Assembly: GCA_964016885.1 (NCBI GenBank) | Contig: OZ024740.1 | Coordinates: forward strand, 366,916,001 to 366,980,000 | Source of the DNA: Eledone cirrhosa | Taxonomy: Eukaryota | Reading direction: 5' to 3' | Length of the DNA stretch: 64,000 nt | Shown: positions 53,775-64,000 of the stretch, piece after piece | How the letters are laid out: each line of letters begins with the position of its first letter | Numbering within the stretch: the first letter of the stretch is position 1 | Translations under genes and position numbers: made by a program | Notes under the pieces: model-generated | Told to the model about the DNA's origin: nothing | The model's input: only the letters and a program-made list of their open reading frames with translations | Database searches by the model: none

Positions 53775-55568
53775 TCTTCTATATATATATATATACCATT
53801 TATGTTGTGAGGTTTACCAGTGGGTAAAAATATTCATTCCGGTTAGTAAACCATAATGTAATAATAATATAAGCACTCTACGTTATGCAACTCACTCATC
53901 GTAGATATTGAATCCCGTGGCTGGTGCAAGAACGGAGTTAAATATTAAAGGGATATTTCCGGACTGGAAATATCCCTTTAAAGTTTTAATGTTAAAAAAA
54001 ACAAAAAAACAAAACAAAAATAAAAACAAAAAAAAAACTATAGATATTTCAATGGCCCAGTTACATCATCTGACCATGACCCAAGACCTTGGTGACATCG
54101 TCAGGTGCGGATTACATGTCTCGTTAATCAATAAAAGGAATTACGGCAAATAAAAAACAGGGAATATAGAATATACGTGATTCGGTGATGGCTCGTGAAA
54201 TTTGGTGTTATTGTTAGGGCGAATCATCTCCAAATATAACACTCATCAATGTTAAAGTGTGGGTTTTGGATGGCACGACCCAGCAGGGTAGGGGTTGTTT
54301 GGTGGAAACAGAAATCCTGCTGTTTATACATTATCAGAGCCAAACTGCTACAAAAGGTTAGAGGTATAAGCTCTATTTCATTAGAGCCTGGCCGAAACCA
54401 GCATAGCGTGACGACGAAGCAAATTAAAGGAGATGAGTGCTATAAAAGTATAAAAATTATAAATTGTTTAAAAAGTAGTGTTGAATATCCCATTAAATAA
54501 ATTAAGAAAATTGAATTACGAAAAATACACCTAGAAGAAATAAATTAAGAAGAAATATAAAGATGATTATTAATATCAATAATATAATGTAATTATAACC
54601 TTAATGTCAGTGATTCGTTAAAAGTAATTGATTAAAGGGTAAATAATCTAGCTCACGCTTATATGTGAGTGTTTGTATTGTGAAACAATAGAAAGAAACG
54701 CATAGAAAATGAGGCATGGCGCTCCAGTGAGACTGACGTAATAACAATCCTTATATAAAGTCCAAATATGATATACCAGTACCGAGCATATTCATATATG
54801 GAAGAGGAGGAAATTAATTAATTAATTATTTAATTCCAAGCACTCAAGAAATGTAAACAAAATTTTGCTTCTTACATGTAATCCGGAGAACCAACAGACG
54901 GTCAGTCGTGGTGTAACTCTTAGTAGATAATGTTAATAATAAAAATGTTAATGATGATGGTGATAAAATTAGGGAGTGTAGATAAAAAATGCAAGTACAT
55001 AGTTGAATGTAAAATTGAAGATGAAAAATTAAAATTTAATCAGTAACTAGTATTTAGTCGAATGGGTCGCTTAATATCATATAATTGTTTCTACTTTTGG
55101 CACAAGGCCAGCAATTAACCAGTGTATTACTGGTACTTTATTTTATCGACCCCGAAAGGATGAAAGGCAAAATGATACACTATAAGATAAAATATGAAAA
55201 AAAAAAAAAAAAAATACCCGGAAAATATCAAAATATAGAAAGGTAAGGTAATGATTAAGGGTAAATTTTACAATAGGTAGTATGTATGTCTTTAGTGTAA
55301 TTATAAAACAAAATAATTATGTCGAATGTTAAAAGGTGAGTAAATTGTGGGGTGGGGAATAATTAAATCTTTAATTGAGGGATAATAAAGAAGTAAAAGA
55401 GCTAGTGAAACTCAATTAATGATTGATAGTAATTAATACCAAGCTGAAGCTGTTGGTATGAAGACCCTACTGAACCGTGGTATTAGGAATTTATATCACA
55501 TATGAAGTATCAGATAACCGGTAAGTTATTGGGTAAGGTGTACACAACTTATATTTGAAATATAAGAT

Positions 55569-56086
55569 ATCTATATACATAAATGGCAATTTCTGTCTGT
55601 TTGTTTGTGGATTTGTTTGTGAACCTAAAACTCAAAAACTACCAAACCGATCTTGATGAAATTTGACACGTGTGTGGGGACTCATGCCCATTTAATTTCT
55701 TACGTATATTTCATTTTAATCCAAGGGTTCCCCGGGGGCCCAAACCCCCGCTGAAAAATTTTTCCTTTCGATTTATATGAAATTTAAACCATAGGTAAAT
55801 GACAAGATATGATGTCTATTCACAAAAGTTTTGAATTGATATTTTTAAAAAATTATTTACAAGAAACAAAATAAGAATAAGATTTAATAATGTAATTTTG
55901 ATTTGATAATTACAAAAAATAATGTTTTCCAATTTTTCATGCATTACATTTTACATTGAGTAATATTGAAATGCAGAGTTTTTCTCCATAAATTATATCA
56001 CTGATTTAAAATCAATCATCATTTTCTTACAAAAAAAATTAAAAAAAATGTGTGAAACGCAACAAGGCGCGGGTAATTCGGCTAGT
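55569..56086 (-). mobile_element. Helentron/Helitron-type non-autonomous element
   Basis: ATCTATATACATAAAT...TGTCTGTTTGTTTG...ACCGATCTTGATGAAATTTG...GCGCGGGTAATTCGGCTAGT. Confidence 0.7.
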
Positions 56087-56984
56087 AATATAATGAAAAT
56101 AGAATTAAATAGAATAGAATAAAATAAAATAAAATAAAATAAATAAATCAAATAGGATGTAATGTAGGTTATAAAATGCAACATTCAATATAAATGCATG
56201 AAAAACACAAAACTATAAAGGTAAAAACTCAATACAAGATATAGAAAGTCAAATAGAATCAGAGAGAATCATGGTGCATCAAACAATTTAGAGAATCCAT
56301 CAAATATCTCGTTAGTCCATATGGGTATATGTAGCCGTATATGGTCGTGTTGAGGCATTGGGGTAGACTCAGTTCCAGCAAGTCACCTTGGTCTTGGCTG
56401 ATAGTTCTTTCGGTACTGGGGTCATGGACTCGGTACTTTCTTTCATCACAAAGCGCTCGACTGCGACAGAAGCTGTATTCCATTTATGTTGTGTGGTTTA
56501 TCAGTGAATAGAACTTTTCTGGTTAATAAACCATGATATAATAGTAAGAAAAGAACTCTACAATATGTAGCTCATCCATCGTAGATGTTGAATCCCGTGG
56601 GTGGTGTAGTTACATTATCTGATCATGAGGCAGGACCTTCGCGTCATCTTCAGGTTGCGGACTGCATAATTAGTTAATCAATAAAAGGAATTATGGCAAA
56701 CACAAACAAATGTAACTTGGCCATTGAAATATGAATAGTGTTTTTTGCAGCATTAAAACTTTGAAGGCATATTTCCAATCACGCCTTTTATATTGGATGT
56801 TTGTCTGGTTTACAGTATGAGGTAAGACAGTGGTGTGTGTGCGTGTGTGACAAAAAAAATGCAAAAAAAACAAACAAACAAAAACAGGAAAACATCTTCC
56901 AGATACACCAGATTTTTCGTTTTACCGTTCGAGCATAGTATATGAACATTTCTAGGTGTTTCCACTCGGGAACAACCTATATAT

Positions 56985-57612
56985 AGACAGGGGAAGATTA
57001 TTAGTGTTAGATATTGAGAGAGGGATAATAAGAGAGAGCCAGTGGTCGATATAGAGAGGGGAAGAGTTTTGTCGTTATGAATAGAATGAGGGTGATTAGA
57101 AGAAAGTGCCGTGGGGTAGATATAGAGAGGGAGAGAGTTTGATGGTAGAAGATATAAAGAGGGGTTTTGGGAGAGAGCGTTGTACGGTAGAGGGGTTGTG
57201 TTTAGTGATTATAGATATAGAGAGTGAGATAATGAGAGAGAGAGAGCCGTGTGGTAGATATCAAGAGGGGGGGGGGGAGTTTGGTAGTAGTAGATATAGA
57301 GAGGGGTGTTAGGAGAGACTGATGTATGGTAGATATAAAGAGGGGGAGATTGATGGTAGTAAATATAGAGAGGGGTGTTGGGAGAGATAAGTGTATGGTA
57401 GATATATAGAGGGGAAGAGTTTAGTGGTGTTAGATGTAGAGAGGGGGATAATGAGAGAGTGCCGTGTGGTAGTTTTATATAGAGAAAGAGAGTTTGGTAG
57501 TAATAGATATATAGATGGGAATTGGGAGAGATAGGTGTAGATATATAGAGGGGGAGAATTTAGTGTTAATGGAGTAAGTGAGGGGGATTGGGAGAGGTTG
57601 TTGTATATTGTA
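56985..57612. repeat. Purine-rich degenerate minisatellite (GGTAGATATAGAGAGGGG-like units)
   Basis: Recurrent AGATATAGAGAGGG with strong strand asymmetry. Confidence 0.75.
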
Positions 57613-57613
57613 G

Positions 57614-57900
57614 ACTAGCTGACGTACCCAGCTTCGCCCGGGTAAACAGTTGATAAGAAAAGACAGGTAGAAGAGAAAATGGATGTTTGTCTGGATTGCA
57701 CTATAAGGTGAGACCGCGGTGTGTCTCACAAAAAAAAAAAAAAAAAGTAAAAAATCTTCTAGATACACCAGATTCTTCGTTTTACCGTTTGTGCATAGTA
57801 TATGAAGATTTCTCGTGAAAAATCTACATATAACTGTCTATGGGTAAAAAGCGATTCTCTTGTATTCAATCCTATAACTTTGAAACTATGAGCCTAAGCT
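57614..57900 (+). mobile_element. 5' part of a Helentron-type element; related fragment at about 56790-56955
   Basis: ACTAGCTGACGTACCCAGCTTCGCCCGGGT start; shared AGATACACCAGATT..CGTTTTACCGTT block. Confidence 0.65.
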
Positions 57901-58256
57901 TTATTTATTTGTGGTCATAGCAAAACTTGCTCTAACAGGGAACTGATATCTTGAGAATTTGAAAGGCAGCTCGATACAGGAAGGAATAAGAGGAATTTAA
58001 AAATAATTGCACTTTCACTTTGATAATTGCCTCCAAGAATAGTGGCCTCAAGGAGATGGTTCATCTTCCGTCTTACTGTAAAAGCTTGTGTCATTGCCCT
58101 GACGTGGCTGGTCCACGTTTCTCAAAAGGATGATGGAACTTCCTATCTTTTATATTATATGTAGATATAGATATAGGTAATTATGTATAAATGCATGTGT
58201 GTATGTATGTGTGCGTGCATATGTGTATATGTATATATATATATATATGTGCGCGC

Positions 58257-58311
<55 letters not shown>

Positions 58312-59040
58312 CCAGCGAAACACGATCGTCACTAACAAGGATCATGCAGAGAGAATCCCTTATAGTTAATTCCCAACCTGCTAGAAATAGCAGTTAGGTT
58401 GGTTAGCATACTCAGGTTGTTATTCTTCTTTGATGTTACAGAATTAGTATCAATAAACCTTCCTTGGTATACTCTTATTCCATAGGTGTCCTTTTCGATT
58501 GTCACTTTTCGTTTTTCTGTGGTACGCGAAGGAACCAACTAACAAACATCTCTCTTTTATATTATGTATAGATGACTCTTGCAGGGCTAGAACTGTGTGG
58601 TTTGAAAGAAATTCAGTAGTTTCCCTAATATATTTATATAATTATTCCAACTGTTACTGGTATAGTCAATCTATTAATGCTAATAAGTGAATTCTTAGTA
58701 ATTGGTAACGTTCTATTATCTGGTTTGTTCTTTATTTCTAGATTATCGTATTCTTGCACTTGTCCTAATGCGTATATTTTAGAATAAGCTCTCGCTCTTT
58801 CTAGTGATATTTGCACATTTTTCTATTTACATTTCTATGGAGATATCACTGCTAAAGATCTGCATTACTTGCAACAAGCTGTCAATCTTTCGTTAAAAAA
58901 TAATTAAAAAGAAAAACGAAACAAATGAAAGTAACCATGTAAAATATATGGCCGAGAATCTTCCACTGGCAGTTGAATAAACAAACAGTTAAGTTTAATA
59001 TAGTAGACACTAACGCCAATTAGGAGAGCAGTGAAGAAAA

Positions 59041-59150
<110 letters not shown>

Positions 59151-59304
59151 AGTAAACAATGGGGATTTCTCAAGTTATTTGTCCATCATCGTTCTTATAT
59201 AGATCTATGAGTGTTATGTATTTTGCCATGGGCTTCTTGACATATCTAGTTATCTTTGATGTTGCTTATACAGAATTTGTACATAGAATTCATAGAAATG
59301 TGGA

Positions 59305-61965
59305 AGATTACTTTGATAACTTTGATAGGTTTCGGCCAGTATTGGCCCAGGGCATGTCTAACTTAATAGCACCACCTGGCGAAGTCTGACAAATCAGGGT
59401 TTGGGCACCATGGCCCACTCGAGCAGAGAGTTATTGTTTACGGAGGCATATCCGGGTGTAGGAGGCTTATCCGGGATTTCTTGAATGAATTTATCCAAAG
59501 ACTTCTTGAACTTGATGGGGTCTGTTTCTGCTTTGATGTGTTTTGGTAGTAGTAGATATAGAGAGGGGTGTTAGGAGAGACTGATGTATGGTAGATATAA
59601 AGAGGGGGAGATTGATGGTAGTAAATATAGAGAGGGGTGTTGGGAGAGATAAGTGTATGGTAGATATATAGAAGGGAAGAGTTTAGTGGTGTTAGATGTA
59701 GAGAGGGGGATAATGAGAGAGTGCCATGTGGTAGTTTTATATAGAGAAAGAGAGTTTGGTAGTAATAGATATATAGATGGGAATTGGGAGAGATAGGTGT
59801 AGATAGATAGAGGGGGAGAATTTAGTGTTAATGGAGTAAGTGAGGGGGATTGGGAGAGGTTGTTGTATATTGTAGACTAGCTGATGTTAAAGAGAGCAGG
59901 GCCAATTGAGGTGAAATAATTGTGCCGTATTGTTGTTATGAGATGCGAGTGAGAATTTTGTCGTGGGCGGATAGCACAGGGCCCAAGCCTTGGGTGTACA
60001 TTAAAGGTGATGCCAACATCATTTGGGCAAATCTAAGGGAATATTTTCCACATCCTGCAGATAATGTAGCGCTCACGGCGAGGTTGGAGAGAATAAAGGT
60101 TGAGCTTTTCTAATCGACTCCAATAGTCAAGGCCTGTCATGCCATCTATATTTTTTGTAATTGACCTTTAGGATGCTTCAACTTTCATGATACTTCATTT
60201 CGTGTGGGGTGACCACAGTGGACAACAGTATTCAAAGTGGGGTCGGGAAAAAGTGGAGAAGAGAAGGATAATAGTGTGGATATCTCTCGACTGGAAAGTT
60301 CAGAGAATCCAGGAACATATTCTGCAGGCCATATCAACTTTGCTGTTTATATGAGTGGCCCAGCTTATGTTGTTGTCCATAATTTCTCCCAGGTCTCTGA
60401 TGTAGTTGGATGCCACTAGAGTTTCACCCGAAGGAAGAGAGTATGGTAGTTTCAGGGCATCCTTTTTTCCAAAGTGGATTAATTCAAATTTATCCTCATT
60501 CAACAGCATATTATTCTTTTCTGCCCATTGGATAACAGCGAGTAGGTCTGACTGAAGGCAAGTCCAGTCACCCACCTCATTGATGACTCTTTGGAGCTTG
60601 GACTCATCTGCGAAGATTCTTATGTTGCTGTGCTTGATGATGTCAGTAATGTCATTAATGTAGATGATGAAAAGAAGTGGGCCTAACACAGTGCCTTGTG
60701 GGACGCCACTGCTGACTTTGGCAGGGCTTGATTTTACTCCTTTGACTACAACATGTTGGGTTCTCTCTGTCAAGAAACATTTGATCCACTGTAGTAACCT
60801 TCCAGAGACACCAACATTGGCTAGTTTTTTCAGTAGAATCTTCTGATCAACCCTGTCAAAGGCCTTGCTGAAATCAAGGTAGATGACATCAGTGTTGGAG
60901 CCCTCTCCCAAGGCTATCAGAACATCGTCAAAGTGATGCAGGAGCTGCGTTAGGCAGTCCCTTCCATTACGGAACCCATGTTGGTTGGAGTTCAGCAAGC
61001 CATTGCTTTCGAGAAAGTGGGTTATTCGTGATCTCACCACCCTCTCAAATACCTTGATAATATGAGAGGTGAGTGAAATCGGACGGTAGTTCACTGCAAG
61101 GGACTTATTTCCCTTTTTGAAGACTGGGACAACGGACTGGGACAGAAAGTTTTCAGGAATATAGCCAGTGTCTAGTGAGTTCCTCCACAGATTAGCAAGA
61201 GGAGATGCAAGTTGGTGTCGACACACCTTCAGGACACAAGCAGGGAACCTGTCAGGGCCTACTACTGAATTGTGTTTAATTTTGTTTATTGCTGCTAAGA
61301 TATCAGAGGCGCCAAACGTTATGTCTGATATAGTGTGCTGAGGATTAACATCACTGATACAGTCCAGATCGGCCATATCAGGATTGCTGAAAACAGAGCA
61401 ATATTGTTTCTGCAGTATCTCGCCCATGGTTTTGGCATTGTCTTGGAGTGTGCCATTTTCATCAACTAGAGGGCCAACAGTGGAGACGGTGACTTTGTAT
61501 ATTTTAGCAAATGAAAAGAACACTTTGGGGTTGAGTTTGATTTTCTTGACTCAAGCAGGGCGATAGCCATCGAATGTGTGTGTTGCTGTTGGCAGTATTT
61601 TAGAGGATTAATTTCTTTGTTTGTTCTTTTTATTTTTCTGATAATAGTTTTTCTGTTTTGGGGGATACTGCACTTAGCTTTTTTTGTTCACAGGTTTTGA
61701 TGGGGTGTGTTTTGTACATATATTTGTGACAGTGTCTACAAAGATCTGCCAAGATCTTTTGATGTTGGTGGAAGTGTGTGCGTGTGTAAAAGACCAGTCG
61801 ACATGTGATAGTTCGTTCATAATTGCATCCCAGTTGGCATTGTAGAGATCCATGTTATCAAATGGGTGGGCTGGAAAGAGGACCCTCGGATTAGTTTTCG
61901 GCTGGTGGAATCTCAGGTTACAAAGAACCATGTCATGGTCTGAGAGAAGGGTTTTATTAAACATT
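59305..61965 (-). mobile_element. CR1/L2-group LINE, 5'-truncated and disrupted
   Basis: Track ORF 60300..61523: NYRPISLTS, QHGFR, YLDFSKAFD, SGVPQGTVLGPLLF, FADES (catalytic Asp lost); SDH in ORF 61674..61964; short tandem tail near 59310; interrupted at 59542-59884. Confidence 0.92.
59542..59884 (+). repeat. 343-bp copy of 57280-57622 inserted in the CR1 element
   Basis: Same length, near-identical, offset 2262 bp. Confidence 0.92.
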
Positions 61966-62068
61966 TTAAAAATATTTGATTCACGCCATAAGTATATCTT
62001 TGTAGGAAAATGTTCAAGACATCGACGGCGGAGCTCAGGCCGTTCCGACGGCTATTTCACTCTCTCTC

Positions 62069-62100
<32 letters not shown>

Positions 62101-62158
62101 TGTATGTATGTATGTATGTATGTATGTATGTATGTATGTATGTAGGTATGTATGTATG

Positions 62159-62767
62159 TCAGGTCACCACTTGGTGCTACTGGTAACATGTATCCCAGTA
62201 CAACCTGTCTCATGGTCGGGTCGTTGGCGACTAAACTGGCAACCCCACCAAGGTTTCTTGGTGAGGAGGGTGACTTTGGACATCCTGCAGGACTAAAAAC
62301 AAAACCTGTCAAAGGGCAAAGGAGCTCTTAAGAGTCAATGGCCATCCAAAATCACTGGGAGAGATGACCCCTTAGCCTTTGTCAAGGCAGAATTCTAGGA
62401 GAAGGAAAACTCTGATATAACACCTGCAACCCTGATGGTATCCAATGATGTTGACTTGTTCTTCTTTTTGGTAAATATCATCTTGGTTAAGAGAGTGGGA
62501 CTGGCTTTGTGCAGTGCCTTTGCTCACTATAAAAGCTTCACGGCACAGGCATTGCTTTATATCTGGAGATCTCTCTGCACTTGTCGTCACATGGTACCAT
62601 GGGCCCAGCACTATGTGTCAGTAATTGTCACAAGTGTAGTGTTTGTACCAGAGTTTTCAAGTCGCTGGCTGGACTAAAAAGTCACACTCGTTCAGCGCAT
62701 CGGTAGGGGTTCTCCTACATGGATATAAAGTAGTGGCCGTACTCGAAAACGAGTTGGCAGCCACCAT
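62159..62767 (+). mobile_element. Full-length non-autonomous bipartite RTE element in (TATG)n
   Basis: TCAGGTCACC...GAGTTGGCAGCCACCAT flanked on both sides by (TATG)n. Confidence 0.88.
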
Positions 62768-62797
62768 GTATGTATGTATGTATGTATGTGTGTATGT

Positions 62798-62879
<82 letters not shown>

Positions 62880-63027
62880 ATAATAATAAATTTGAAGACT
62901 AAAATCCAAAGAGGGCTGGATAAGTATAAATATATATCAAATATATAAGAACCGTAGACCAAATATTTCAGATCCCGTTAAGGGTGAAACCAGCGATTCT
63001 TCGCTTAAACTTTAATCTGTTATTTTA

Positions 63028-63157
<130 letters not shown>

Positions 63158-63326
63158 CGTTTTTGAATTTGTTTAGGAAGATTCTTTATATGAAAACGTG
63201 TGTTGAAACCGATATTGTTATGCTTTGGGAGGGTCATGTTGCCAATAAGTAACACACGCACCAGTTGCTTTAACTTCAATTTATTATAAATTAAATTTAT
63301 AAATTCAGGAATTTATAAATTTCCGG

Positions 63327-63795
63327 TTGGTTGGTTGGTTCTACAACCAGACGATTGTTCATATAATGTCAAAGTTCTTTCGTCACACATTCTGTGACCT
63401 CTTCAGTGACTGGGGATTCTTTTCTTTTCTTTGTTTTTGTGCCTCTCCTTTGTTCTGTCTTACGCCATCTTGTTTTTGTGTGTGTTGTGTGCTTAGTTTG
63501 CTCATGTGTTACATCCGGGTGTCTCTGTGTGTTTATATTTGTTTATTTACTTATTCGGAAAAGAGGACAATTAATTAACAAAGAACTGCTTAGCAACAAA
63601 CATATAAGGATGTAACATGTAAATAAACAAATAAATAAACAAATATAAACACACACAGACACCCGGATGTAACACATGTGCAAACTAAGCACACACTACA
63701 CACAAAAACAAGATGACGTAGGACAGAACAAAGGAGAGGCACAAAAACAAAGAAAAGAAAAGAATCCCCAGTCACTGAAGAGGTCACAGAATGTG
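63327..63795. mobile_element. H1 family in inverted arrangement (about 63385-63550 versus 63630-63795)
   Basis: Track ORFs 63394..63615 (+) and 63590..63787 (-) encode nearly the same peptide, reflecting the inversion. Confidence 0.82.
63368..63410 (-). ncRNA. Intact minimal type I hammerhead ribozyme (H1)
   Basis: Minus strand GTCA-CTGAAGA-G-GTCACA(GAATG)TGTGAC-GAAA-G(AA)C-TT-TGAC: all three stems and both core boxes present. Confidence 0.78.
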
Positions 63796-63801
63796 GTCAC
63801 A

Positions 63802-64000
63802 GAATCGAAATCTTTCCTGTAGTCCAGCCAGACTGTAGTCATATTCCTCCTAAGTTGTCGTACCTCCGACATCGCAGTTTTGTTGATTAGGAGTTGTTCA
63901 GCACATCCCCAAACCCCTTTCTTTCCAGCTGCTTGTTCATATGTGATGATGTTATTATTTTCACAGTGGTCTTGGAGGAATAGTTTCAGGCAGGCTGTAT
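63802..64000 (-). mobile_element. R4/Dong-like (R2 group) LINE RT fragment running off the window
   Basis: Minus strand ...AMSEVRQLRRNMTTVWLDYRKDFDS fits the W(I/L)DY(K/R)KAFDS motif. Confidence 0.6.

Noticed and set aside
56985-57612. Regularly recurring GATATAGAGAGGG units suggesting a CRISPR-like array
   Set aside because: Degenerate eukaryotic minisatellite; the intervening sequences resemble each other and no cas genes are present.

Overview
AT-rich, microsatellite-dense animal genomic DNA, most likely an octopus or other coleoid cephalopod (inferred from the mollusc-type troponin T, the SINE families and the microsatellite load). From about 2.5 to 20.6 kb the + strand carries a troponin T gene that the ORF track almost misses: ten phase-consistent GT-AG coding exons (about 330 aa; start codon not securely located) plus a probable 3'-UTR intron. 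One intron holds a young, 5'-truncated Tx1-clade LINE with an intact 1145-aa ORF2, inserted in a (TATC)n array with a 14-bp target-site duplication. The remaining 43 kb has no host gene that I can find; it is transposon debris: Penelope RT, RTE, CR1, Tx1 and R4/Dong-like fragments, two SINE families, Helentron-type non-autonomous elements, a MITE and a 1321-bp tandem duplication. The hidden signal is RNA structure. At least six sequence-distinct short elements, mostly bounded by (TA)n tracts and several arranged as inverted or direct repeats, carry type I hammerhead ribozyme motifs, some with unusual cores (U3-A8 swap, extra base after A9, U.U closing pair). A (TATG)n-associated non-autonomous RTE element also has a structured, twister-like 5' end. 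The retroelement families appear to sort into different microsatellite types. All folds were read by eye; no ribozyme activity or database novelty has been tested.
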